Assembly: GCA_028700115.1 (NCBI GenBank) | Contig: JAQVTI010000014.1 | Location: 1 to 23,003, forward strand | Length of the DNA stretch: 23,003 nucleotides | Direction of reading: 5' to 3' | Source of the DNA: Candidatus Iainarchaeum sp. | Lineage (GTDB): Archaea; Iainarchaeota; Iainarchaeia; Iainarchaeales; CSSED10-239 | In this document: positions 14,946 through 23,003 of the stretch, in pieces | Position numbering within the stretch: position 1 is the stretch's first letter | How the letters are laid out: each line of letters starts with the position of its first letter | The notes under the pieces: generated by a model | Seen by the model: the letters and a program-made list of their open reading frames with translations, nothing else | The model's database searches: none | Told to the model about the DNA's origin: nothing | Position numbers and translations under genes: made by a program

Positions 14946-15599
14946 ATGAATCAAGAAGAAAATAAATTTCCTTTAATAGGAGATAAATTTCCTGAAATGA
15001 ATATACAAACAACTTTTGGTATAAAGTCTTTACCAAATGATTATAAAGGTAAATGGATTGTTTTATTTAGTCATCCTGCAGATTTTACTCCAGTTTGTAC
15101 AACTGAGTTTTATTCTTTTGCAAAAAGAAAGGATGAATTTGATAAATTAAACACAGAACTTTTAGGTCTTTCAATGGATCAAGTTTTTTCACATATTAAA
15201 TGGGCTGAATGGATTAAAGAGAATTTAGATCAAGAAATTAATTTTCCGATAATTGCAGATCATGGAAATGTTGCAAAAAAGTTAGGAATGCTTCACCCAA
15301 ATAATGGAAGTAATACAGTTAGAGCTGTTTTTATAATAGATCCTAATGGAATAATTAGACTAATTATGTATTATCCCCAAGAAATTGGAAGAAATGTAGA
15401 TGAAATTTTAAGATCTATTAAAGCTTTACAATATTCAGATAAAAACAAAGTTGCAATGCCTGAAAACTGGCCAAATAATCCTTTATTAAAAGATAAGGTA
15501 ATTATTCCACCAGCAACTGATGTAAATACAGCTAATAAGAGAAAAGATGAATATAAAGATTCATGTTATGATTGGTGGCTATGTTATAAAGAGATGTAA
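14946..15599 (+). CDS. Peroxiredoxin (archaeal Prx6-like type with a C-terminal Cys pair)
   Basis: Peroxidatic Cys motif [15 protein letters not shown] and a C-terminal CYDWWLC. SD AAGGTGA lies upstream. Confidence 0.9.
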   Translation: MNQEENKFPLIGDKFPEMNIQTTFGIKSLPNDYKGKWIVLFSHPADFTPVCTTEFYSFAKRKDEFDKLNTELLGLSMDQVFSHIKWAEWIKENLDQEINFPIIADHGNVAKKLGMLHPNNGSNTVRAVFIIDPNGIIRLIMYYPQEIGRNVDEILRSIKALQYSDKNKVAMPENWPNNPLLKDKVIIPPATDVNTANKRKDEYKDSCYDWWLCYKEM

Positions 15600-15607
15600 A
15601 TCTCTTT
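15588..15607 (+). terminator. Hairpin spanning the peroxiredoxin stop codon, followed by a long T-rich tract
   Basis: AAAGAGAT-GTAA-ATCTCTTT forms an 8-bp stem, followed by TTCTTTTTTCCTTTTTTT. Confidence 0.55.
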
Positions 15608-15669
15608 TTCTTTTTTCCTTTTTTTAAATCAATTTATAAATTTTTTCTTCTTTCTTAAAATATATTAAT

Positions 15670-15685
15670 TTAGGTAAAAACCTAA
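15670..15685. promoter_or_regulatory. Palindrome TTAGGT-AAAA-ACCTAA upstream of the ArsR-like gene; candidate auto-operator
   Basis: 6-bp perfect inverted arms, ending 43 nt upstream of ATG 15729. Confidence 0.25.
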
Positions 15686-15728
15686 TAAAATAATAAAGTA
15701 TATTTAAACTATTATATATTAGATTAAT

Positions 15729-16355
15729 ATGGATAATGAAAAAATTTTAATAAATAGAAAAACACTAAAAGCAATTGCATCTGATACAAGAATGAATATC
15801 TTAAAAGCTTTAGGTAATAGAAAATATACTTTATCAGAGCTTTCTTCTAAATTAAGTTTATCAAATGCAACTGTAAAAGAACATTTAGATGTTTTAGTTA
15901 ATTCTGATTTAATTAAAAAAAATGAAAATGATTATAAATGGAAATATTATTCATTAACAGAAAAAGGTAAAAAATTAATAAATCCAAAAGAAGTTAAAAT
16001 TTTAATTAGTTTTATGGTTTCTTTTTTAGCAACAATTGGATTTTTAATAACAATATTTTCAAGAAATACAAATTTAGCAGTAAGAAGTACAAAAAATATG
16101 GCTATGAAAGTAGGCACTTATTCTTCAGAAGTTGTAAATGACATAGTTACTGAATCAAGTCAAGCTATGTCTTCAAATGCAATAGATGGAATAAATCAAA
16201 TTGCAACAGTAAGTATTCCATCAACTATAAGTAATATTCCTTTATTTTTAATAATTATGAGTATTTTATTTGGGATAATTACAATTTTTTTGTTAGGTAT
16301 ATATATTCAAGAAAAAAGATCTAAAAAGAAAATAAAAATTCAAGTTATTGATTAA
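15729..16355 (+). CDS. ArsR-family winged-HTH regulator fused to C-terminal transmembrane segments
   Basis: The HTH region is LKAIASDTRMNILKALGNRKYTLSELSSKLSLSNATVKEHLDVLVNSDLI. Two hydrophobic helices follow: ILISFMVSFLATIGFLITIF and IPLFLIIMSILFGIITIFLLGIYI. Confidence 0.8.
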   Translation: MDNEKILINRKTLKAIASDTRMNILKALGNRKYTLSELSSKLSLSNATVKEHLDVLVNSDLIKKNENDYKWKYYSLTEKGKKLINPKEVKILISFMVSFLATIGFLITIFSRNTNLAVRSTKNMAMKVGTYSSEVVNDIVTESSQAMSSNAIDGINQIATVSIPSTISNIPLFLIIMSILFGIITIFLLGIYIQEKRSKKKIKIQVID

Positions 16356-16357
16356 TT

Positions 16358-16933
16358 TTAGAAATTAATTGCTTTTAAAATAATTTTATTAATTTCTTTT
16401 TTCTTTTTTTCATCTATTTGATTTGTACAATTACCTATAACATATATTTTACTTTTTATTCCACAAAAACCTAAAATATCTTTTTTTATATTTTTAATTC
16501 CTCTATTTGCAAAACCTAAAGAATAAGCTATTTTTGGTGCCCCAGTAGTACAAATAACACTTGCTTTTTTATTTTTTAGAAGTTGGTTAAAATTTAATTT
16601 TGATATAAATTTATGTGAAAATCCAGGAGTAAAAACTCTATCAAAAAATCCTTTTAAAATAGAAGGTATGCTTCCCCACCATATAGGATAGATAAAAATT
16701 AATTTATCTGAAATTTTTATTTTTCTTTGAATTTTTTTAATATATAAAGATACATATGTGTTTCCAGAGGTATAATGTTCTTTTTCTTGTAAATTTGAAT
16801 TAAAATTTTCTTTATATAAATCTATTATTTCAAAATTTTCTTTTTTTATTTTAAGCTGATTAATTACATTACTTAAAATATATGAATTATAACCTTTTGT
16901 TTTAGGATGTGCATAAATAATTAATGTTTTCAT
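16358..16933 (-). CDS. Flavodoxin-like-fold NAD(P)H:quinone oxidoreductase family protein
   Basis: MKTLIIYAHPKTKGYNS... and IFIYPIWWGSIPSILKGFFDRVFTPGFSH are typical of the Flavodoxin_2/NQO family. I place the start at ATG 16933 (M16 of the track ORF). Confidence 0.8.
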   Translation of the reverse strand: MKTLIIYAHPKTKGYNSYILSNVINQLKIKKENFEIIDLYKENFNSNLQEKEHYTSGNTYVSLYIKKIQRKIKISDKLIFIYPIWWGSIPSILKGFFDRVFTPGFSHKFISKLNFNQLLKNKKASVICTTGAPKIAYSLGFANRGIKNIKKDILGFCGIKSKIYVIGNCTNQIDEKKKKEINKIILKAINF

Positions 16934-16994
16934 AATTTTTCCAATTTTTTTAAAATATATTAAACAATTAACTATCAATATCTATATAAATTAA

Positions 16995-17594
16995 ATGTTT
17001 TTATATTCTTATACAAAAGAATATAGGATAAATATGTATAAATTAATTTTTCTTTCAGTTTTTATTTTATTATATTATTTTTTATTTTCAAATAAATTAA
17101 CTAAGCACTTTAATACAACTAAAGAAACAATAAATATGTTTAAAACAGATTTTTGGACATCTTTTTATTTTACTATATTTTATATTTGTATAATGATTTC
17201 TTTTATGTATTATTTTTTTTATACAGACATATATTATCTTAACTTAATTTCATTATTATGGTTTATTTCAATTATTTTTGCATGCTTTTTAGAATATAGA
17301 GGAATTAAAGATTTAAAAGAAAATTATTATCCACAAATTAAAAAAGAGAAATATCTTATTACAAGTGGAATTTTTAAAATAATAAGACATCCAATTTATA
17401 CTTCAGCAATATTTTTAGGTCTTGGAATAATTGGTTTTTTATCAACTAAGTTGTTAATATATTTATTTCCAATTATTTTGTTTGTTGTAATTATTAAAAT
17501 TGAAAAAGAAGATATATATTTAGAAAAAAGATTTGGAAAAGAATTTAAAAAATACAAGCAAATGTCATATAAATTAATTCCATATTTATATTGA
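16995..17594 (+). CDS. Isoprenylcysteine carboxyl methyltransferase (ICMT/PEMT)-family membrane methyltransferase
   Basis: LITSGIFKIIRHPIYTSAIFLGLGIIGF ... EKEDIYLEKRFGKEFKKYKQ on a multi-TM scaffold. ATG 17034 (MYKLIF...) is an equally plausible start. Confidence 0.75.
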   Translation: MFLYSYTKEYRINMYKLIFLSVFILLYYFLFSNKLTKHFNTTKETINMFKTDFWTSFYFTIFYICIMISFMYYFFYTDIYYLNLISLLWFISIIFACFLEYRGIKDLKENYYPQIKKEKYLITSGIFKIIRHPIYTSAIFLGLGIIGFLSTKLLIYLFPIILFVVIIKIEKEDIYLEKRFGKEFKKYKQMSYKLIPYLY

Positions 17595-18934
17595 TGATAT
17601 TTATGAATAGACTTAGAATTTTAAAAGAAAAAGATATAAAAAAAGGAAAAGACATAGTTTATTGGATGTCTAGAGATCAAAGAGTAAAAAATAACTGGTC
17701 TTTAATCTATGCTCAAAATCTTGCAAAAAAATATAATCTTAATTTAAAAGTTATTTTTTGTTTAGTTAAAGATTTTTTAAAAGCAACAGATTCTCATTAC
17801 ACATTTATGCTTGAAGGTTTAAAACTAGTTGAAAATGATCTTTTTAAAAAAAATATTTCCTTTGAATTATTAATTTGTAAGGATATTTCAAATGATTTAT
17901 TAAAATATATTAAAGAAAATACTACAATTTTATTAACAGATTTTGATCCTTTAAAAATTAAAAAAGAATGGAAAAAACAAATTTTAAAAGATATTAATTG
18001 TTCTTTTTATGAAGTTGATTCTCATAATATAATTCCAGTTTGGACAGTTTCTGAAAAACAAGAATATGGGGCATATACAATAAGACCTAAATTAAATAAA
18101 TTACTACCTTTATATTTAGAAGATTTCCCAAAAATTAGAAAAGAAGATAAAAAAATAAAAAAACCAAATGTAAATTGGGCTAAATTAATAGATTTAAAAA
18201 AGAAAAATAAATATTTTGAATCAGGAGAGTTTGCTGCAAGTATGGTTTTGAAAAATTTTATTATAGATAAATTTGAAAAATATTATATTTTAAGAAATGA
18301 TCCTTCAATAAATTATATTTCAAATTTATCTATGTATCTTCATTTTGGTCAAATTTCTTCTCAACAAATTGCTTTAGAAATAAATAAATTAAATAATTTA
18401 AAATATGAACAAAGTAAAAGTTATTTTTTAGAAGAATTAATTATAAGAAAGGAACTTTCAGATAATTTTTGTAATTATAATAAAGATTATGATAATTTTA
18501 ATGGATTTCCAAATTGGGCAAAAGAAACTTTAAAAAAACATGAAAATGATAAAAGAAAATATATTTATTCTCTAAAAGATTTAGAAAATTATAAAACACA
18601 TGATCCTTTATGGAATGCTTCTCAAAAAGAATTGGTTTTAACAGGTAAAATGCATGGATATCTTAGAATGTATTGGGCAAAAAAGATATTAGAATGGACT
18701 AAAGATTCTAAAGAGGCTCAAAAAATATCTATTTATTTAAATAATAAATTTGAAATGGATGGAAGAGATCCTAATGGATATACAGGAATTGCTTGGGCAA
18801 TTGGTGGGGTTCATGATAGAGCTTGGTTTGAAAGAGATATTTTTGGGAAAATAAGATATATGTCTTTTAATAATACTTCTAAAAAGTTTGATTATAAAAA
18901 ATATATAGAAAATGTAAATAATTTAGATAAATAG
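17591..18934 (+). CDS. phr: Class II CPD deoxyribodipyrimidine photolyase
   Basis: GKMHGYLRMYWAKKILEWT and DGRDPNGYTGIAWAIGGVHDRAWFERDIFGKIRYMS. Length is ~445 aa. The start may be ATG 17603. Confidence 0.9.
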   Translation: MMIFMNRLRILKEKDIKKGKDIVYWMSRDQRVKNNWSLIYAQNLAKKYNLNLKVIFCLVKDFLKATDSHYTFMLEGLKLVENDLFKKNISFELLICKDISNDLLKYIKENTTILLTDFDPLKIKKEWKKQILKDINCSFYEVDSHNIIPVWTVSEKQEYGAYTIRPKLNKLLPLYLEDFPKIRKEDKKIKKPNVNWAKLIDLKKKNKYFESGEFAASMVLKNFIIDKFEKYYILRNDPSINYISNLSMYLHFGQISSQQIALEINKLNNLKYEQSKSYFLEELIIRKELSDNFCNYNKDYDNFNGFPNWAKETLKKHENDKRKYIYSLKDLENYKTHDPLWNASQKELVLTGKMHGYLRMYWAKKILEWTKDSKEAQKISIYLNNKFEMDGRDPNGYTGIAWAIGGVHDRAWFERDIFGKIRYMSFNNTSKKFDYKKYIENVNNLDK

Positions 18935-19438
18935 TTACATTTTATTCTTAGATCCAAAAACAAATTCTCTATGTCCAAAATATTTATAAAAATTCATGAA
19001 AAGATCAGAGATTAGTTTAGACAAAATAAAACCAAGTCCAACATATTCTACAAAAAAAATCATTAATATTAAAACTAAAACTACACTTGTTATATTTACA
19101 AAATAATATTTAAAAAAAGAAATTATGTTTTCAATACTAAAAGGTTTTACCTTATATTTAAATGCAAATTTTTTATGTACATTATAATTAGTAAACCCTC
19201 TTGCAATATCAGAAATAACTGCAGCTAATATATAATATAAACCAAGTATATTAGATAAAGTATAAAGTAAAATAATATCTACAAAAGTACCACAAAGACC
19301 TAAAACTGCATATTTTAAAAATCTTCTATATCTATAAAAAAATGGTTTATCAATTATAAAATAATAGATTTTATGAAAAGAAGATTGTTTTTTTTTATTT
19401 AATAAAGATTTATAAAATATATGTTTTATTTTAGTCAT
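18935..19438 (-). CDS. GtrA-like membrane protein
   Basis: LKYAVLGLCGTFVDIILLYTLSNILGLYYILAAVISDIARGFTNYNVHKKFAFK with 4 TM segments. AAGGAT SD-like motif upstream. Confidence 0.75.
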   Translation of the reverse strand: MTKIKHIFYKSLLNKKKQSSFHKIYYFIIDKPFFYRYRRFLKYAVLGLCGTFVDIILLYTLSNILGLYYILAAVISDIARGFTNYNVHKKFAFKYKVKPFSIENIISFFKYYFVNITSVVLVLILMIFFVEYVGLGFILSKLISDLFMNFYKYFGHREFVFGSKNKM

Positions 19439-19458
19439 TTACAATCCTTATATTTTAG

Positions 19459-20313
19459 TTATTTTCTATGTCTAAATTTAAAATTAAAAAAACGAAGTTT
19501 TGTTTTTTTTATTTTATTTATTTGTTTATTTAATAGTTCTTGTTTCGTTCTTTCTAATTCTTGTTCTTTAAATTTTATATATTTATTATGATATTCTGCA
19601 ATTAATTCTCTTCTATCAGGATTATTTAAAGATTTATTTAAAATGTTTATTTTATTTAAAACATCTTTATAATGATCCATAACATTATTTAATAATTTTT
19701 TATCATAATTTTTATCTTCTTTTGATTTTTTTAATATTTTTTCATAATTTAATTTAGATTGATATAATTCTGTAAGATATAATTCATCTTCATTTAATTT
19801 TATTCCAGACATTTTTTTTTGTTTAACTTTTTCAATAAATTTTTCGCCAAAGCCACCAGTAACATGTATAGCTCCAGTTATTCTATAAGTTATATAATCA
19901 TACCCTTTACTTGTAAGTTTTATTTTTTCAGGATGTATTTTATTTATTTTTTCGATTCCATTTAAAATAGATTCAACATTTGGTTTAATATTAGGCATAT
20001 TTTCTAAAAATTGAGGGGCATTTTTTCTATCTAAAAATAATATTTTTGATTTATTTGATGAAAATAATTGTAATCCTATTTCAAATAATTTTGTATAATT
20101 TGAAAAATATGGGTCAATTACATAAAATTGTGCATTTTGTTTTTTATTATATTCAAATATTTTATTTGGATCTGAAAGAATAGTTATATTTAAAGGTCTT
20201 TCAAATTTAGACATACTTTTTAAAATAAACTCTTTTTTATTTAATTTTGTCTCTTTTCTTGCAAGAATTAAGATATTAGTATATCCTTTATTATTAAATG
20301 GTAATTTATTCAT
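19459..20313 (-). CDS. Hypothetical protein (284 aa): N-terminal alpha/beta-looking domain, coiled coil, basic C-terminal tail
   Basis: Intact ORF 20 nt upstream of, and co-oriented with, the GtrA-like gene. No family recognised. Confidence 0.6.
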   Translation of the reverse strand: MNKLPFNNKGYTNILILARKETKLNKKEFILKSMSKFERPLNITILSDPNKIFEYNKKQNAQFYVIDPYFSNYTKLFEIGLQLFSSNKSKILFLDRKNAPQFLENMPNIKPNVESILNGIEKINKIHPEKIKLTSKGYDYITYRITGAIHVTGGFGEKFIEKVKQKKMSGIKLNEDELYLTELYQSKLNYEKILKKSKEDKNYDKKLLNNVMDHYKDVLNKINILNKSLNNPDRRELIAEYHNKYIKFKEQELERTKQELLNKQINKIKKTKLRFFNFKFRHRK

Positions 20314-20414
20314 ATATTATCAAAATGATTTATATATTTAATATTATATATAGAAAAGTATATAAATTAAAGATACTTATATATTATTAATAATTATTTA
20401 AAAAATAGATAGAT

Positions 20415-21452
20415 ATGAATAAAAATATAAATTTTAATAAAATAATAAGTATAATTTTACTTTCTATAATAGGTTTATTTTTAATTTATTATTTATATCC
20501 TTATATTAATGGTTTTTTAGGTGCAATTATTTTAGCAACCTTATTTATTCCTTTACAAAAATTATTTGTAAATAAATTTAAAATAAACTCAAAAATATCT
20601 GCTATAATTATTATAATTTTAACACTTGCATTAATTATTATTCCAAGTTTTTTTATAATAAAAACAGCATATATAGAAGGTACTCAAATTATAAATAATA
20701 CAAATACTACTTTTTTTAAAGAAATAAAATCTTTAAATTTAAATATTCCTTTAATTAATTTTGATAAAATTGTTTTAGATTTTATTCCTAAATTTACAAA
20801 TTGGATAACACATTTTTTTATAAGTGGTATAAATAATGTAGTTAAATCTGTAATTACAATTATAATAATGTATTTTGTTTTATTTTATCTTTTAGTATAT
20901 TATAAAGAAAATAAAGTTCTTTTAAAAAAATTATTACCTTTTAATAATAAAAATTCTGATATTTTATTAATTGAATTTAAAAAAATAACATATGCAACAA
21001 TAATTGCAACAGGACTTGTTGCTGTTTTCCAAGGATTTTTATTAAGTTTAAGTTTTTATTTTTTAGGTATTAATTATGCTGTATATTGGGGAATTTTAGC
21101 AGCAATTTTATCTTTTTTACCAGTAGTAGGTATTCCTTTAATATGGATTCCTTATGCAATTTTTTATTTATTGAAAAATAATATTTATTTAGCAATTGCT
21201 ATTATAGTAATAGGTTTATTTATAAATTATTCTGAATATTTTATAAGACCTTTATTACAAAAAAAAATGGGAAATTTACATCCTTTAGTTTCAATAATTG
21301 GTATTTTTGTAGGAATTCCTGCTTTTGGTATAATTGGAATTGTTATAGGACCTTTATTAATTTCTTATTTTATTTTAATTTATAAAATTTTTAAAGAAGA
21401 ATATATTTATGAAAATTCTGATAAAAAAAATAATTTTGAGAAAAAAAATTAA
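20415..21452 (+). CDS. AI-2E family transporter (PerM/UPF0118)
   Basis: A multi-TM protein of ~345 aa with the characteristic SFLPVVGIPLIWIPYAIFYLL region. Confidence 0.8.
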   Translation: MNKNINFNKIISIILLSIIGLFLIYYLYPYINGFLGAIILATLFIPLQKLFVNKFKINSKISAIIIIILTLALIIIPSFFIIKTAYIEGTQIINNTNTTFFKEIKSLNLNIPLINFDKIVLDFIPKFTNWITHFFISGINNVVKSVITIIIMYFVLFYLLVYYKENKVLLKKLLPFNNKNSDILLIEFKKITYATIIATGLVAVFQGFLLSLSFYFLGINYAVYWGILAAILSFLPVVGIPLIWIPYAIFYLLKNNIYLAIAIIVIGLFINYSEYFIRPLLQKKMGNLHPLVSIIGIFVGIPAFGIIGIVIGPLLISYFILIYKIFKEEYIYENSDKKNNFEKKN

Positions 21453-22678
21453 TGTTTTATTTTTTTAAAAACATATACTTTATCCCCTATTTTTGGGAGT
21501 TTAGTTAATTTTATTGCAACATTTTCTCCTTTTTGTGCTTTTTTCAAAAATACATTTACATCTTTTTGAATACTTGTAATTTTTTCTTCAATAACACCTG
21601 TTTTTGGTCCAATTATTAATAAAGTATCATTTAATTTAAAAGAATTATCTTGCATTTTAATTTCTGCAACATTAATTTTTTTATAAATTTTACATATTTT
21701 TCCTAAAAATATTTTTCTTTTTGTTGCTTTTGTACCATATGTATCATTCCATTCATTTAATGGATATCCCATATAAAATCCATCTGAAAATCCTCTATTA
21801 TAAACTGTTTTTAGTTCTTCTTCTAATTTATCTTTAATTTTTTTAGTTAATTTTTTATTTATTGCAAGATCTATTGCTTTTCTATAACATCTAGTAACAA
21901 CCTTAACATATTCTGGACTTCTTGCTCTTCCTTCTATTTTAAAAACTTCTATTCCTGCATAAATTAATTTATCTATAAATTTAATTGTAGATAAATCTTT
22001 TGGGCTTAAGATATAATTATTATATACATCTAATTCTTTTCCAGTTTCTTTATCTTTTATTAAATATTCTCTTCTACAAGGTTGTATACATTTCCCTCTA
22101 TTTGCAGAAGTTTTATTACCATATAAAAATTGAGATAAAAAACATCTCCCACTAATAGATACACACATTGCTCCATGAATAAATGTTTCTATTTCTATTT
22201 TTTTGGAAATTTTTTTAGCATGTTTTATAATTTGTTTAATTTGTTCTAAACTTAGTTCTCTTGCTAGAACAAATCTTTTTACTCCTTTTTTATAATATTC
22301 TTCTAATGCTAAAGAATTAGATACACTTGCTTGTGTACTTAAATGGACTTTTATTTTATATTTATTACATAATGAAATAACAGATAAATCCCATGCAATT
22401 ATTGCATCTATTCCATATTTTTTTGTTTTTTTAATTATATTTTCTATTTTTTTTATTTCTGTTTCAAAAATTATTGTATTTAATGTAAGATATACTTTTA
22501 TATTTTTTTTATGTGCAATTAAAATTAATTTTTTAAGTTCTATAAGAGTAAAATTATTTGCTCTTTCTCTCATATTTATTCCTTTAATTCCTAAATAAAT
22601 AGCATCACAACCAGCTTCTATTGATGAATAAAACATTTCCCAGGATCCAACTGGAGATAATAATATTGGTTTTTTCAT
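21449..22678 (-). CDS. Peptidase U32 family protein
   Basis: MKKPILLSPVGSWEMFYSSIEAGCDAIYLG..., ETFIHGAMCVSISGRCFLS and FKIEGRARSPEYV. I place the start at ATG 22678. Confidence 0.85.
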   Translation of the reverse strand: MKKPILLSPVGSWEMFYSSIEAGCDAIYLGIKGINMRERANNFTLIELKKLILIAHKKNIKVYLTLNTIIFETEIKKIENIIKKTKKYGIDAIIAWDLSVISLCNKYKIKVHLSTQASVSNSLALEEYYKKGVKRFVLARELSLEQIKQIIKHAKKISKKIEIETFIHGAMCVSISGRCFLSQFLYGNKTSANRGKCIQPCRREYLIKDKETGKELDVYNNYILSPKDLSTIKFIDKLIYAGIEVFKIEGRARSPEYVKVVTRCYRKAIDLAINKKLTKKIKDKLEEELKTVYNRGFSDGFYMGYPLNEWNDTYGTKATKRKIFLGKICKIYKKINVAEIKMQDNSFKLNDTLLIIGPKTGVIEEKITSIQKDVNVFLKKAQKGENVAIKLTKLPKIGDKVYVFKKIKH

Positions 22679-22700
22679 TTTTATCATTTTTTAAATTTTA

Positions 22701-23003
22701 TTATTTTTCCAAATTTATATTTCTTAAATCAAAACTATATAATGGTAATTTTATATTATTAATTATTCTTTTATTTCCTAAAAGATCTATTACTTCAATA
22801 CCATTTATGTTTCTATAAAATTTATAACCTATTACTTTTTTTATATGTCTTTTTTTTAATTCAGTTATATATTTTTGATGTTCTTTTTTATTTATAGGAA
22901 TTGCATTTATAAATTTCATTAAATTTGGGTTTTCATCAGAAATCCATGTATGGCAATAAATTTTATTAGAATTGTATTCTTTTTGTAATTTTTTTAAAAA
23001 ATA
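22701..23003 (-). CDS. Hypothetical protein; the 5' part lies outside the window
   Basis: The minus-strand frame stays open from the window edge: YFLKKLQKEYNSNKIYCHTWISDENPNLMKFINAIP... The track's M at 22919 is therefore probably internal. Confidence 0.5.
   Translation of the reverse strand, partial: YFLKKLQKEYNSNKIYCHTWISDENPNLMKFINAIPINKKEHQKYITELKKRHIKKVIGYKFYRNINGIEVIDLLGNKRIINNIKLPLYSFDLRNINLEK

Noticed and set aside
22621-22818. 65-aa + strand ORF from the track
   Set aside because: It overlaps the 5' end of the U32 peptidase gene and the 3' end of the next minus-strand ORF. The Phe/Ile/Leu-rich sequence is consistent with antisense of Lys/Asn-rich coding sequence.
1-23003. Alternative genetic code (TAA as a sense codon) as the explanation for the ftsZ interruption
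   Set aside because: TAA terminates many well-delimited ORFs here. Long conserved genes (photolyase, U32, FAD oxidoreductase, peroxiredoxin) contain no in-frame TAA. A single event does not support recoding of the whole genome.

Overview
The window is very AT-rich and densely packed, and appears to be archaeal. Evidence for that: an FtsZ1-type division GTPase, an archaeal-type SAM synthetase, an archaeal-style peroxiredoxin with a C-terminal Cys pair, a class II photolyase, TTTATA-type promoter boxes and GGTGA Shine-Dalgarno motifs. The many small membrane ORFans and shortened enzymes suggest a reduced, DPANN-like genome, but that is inference only.

About 35 CDS are supportable. I recognised no rRNA, tRNA, CRISPR array, transposase or integrase.

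Recognisable genes:
- ftsZ, 5'-truncated by the window and carrying an in-frame TAA
- Nudix hydrolase
- YbjQ/UPF0145
- APH/choline-kinase-like kinase
- an orphan ribbon-helix-helix (RHH) gene divergent from a compact archaeal MAT
- a membrane-anchored transglutaminase-like protein
- two membrane-tethered HTH regulators
- a redox/UV protection cluster: FAD oxidoreductase, peroxiredoxin, flavodoxin-like quinone reductase and class II photolyase
- ICMT-family methyltransferase, GtrA, AI-2E transporter and peptidase U32

The least ordinary segment is about 2.25-4.7 kb. It holds four tightly packed Lys/Arg-rich ORFan genes, three of which share an N-terminal [FI][KR]RN motif. They are followed by an 855-bp non-coding region, by far the longest in the window. 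That region contains four copies of TACATAACT in alternating orientation, a duplicated 14-mer and a relatively GC-richer patch. The segment from base 2245 to about 4334 is bracketed by two copies of one hairpin family (TTCGGTTAAAT...CCGAA). I cannot assign a function to it. Candidates are a mobile or viral remnant, a replication origin or partition-like site, or an ncRNA locus.
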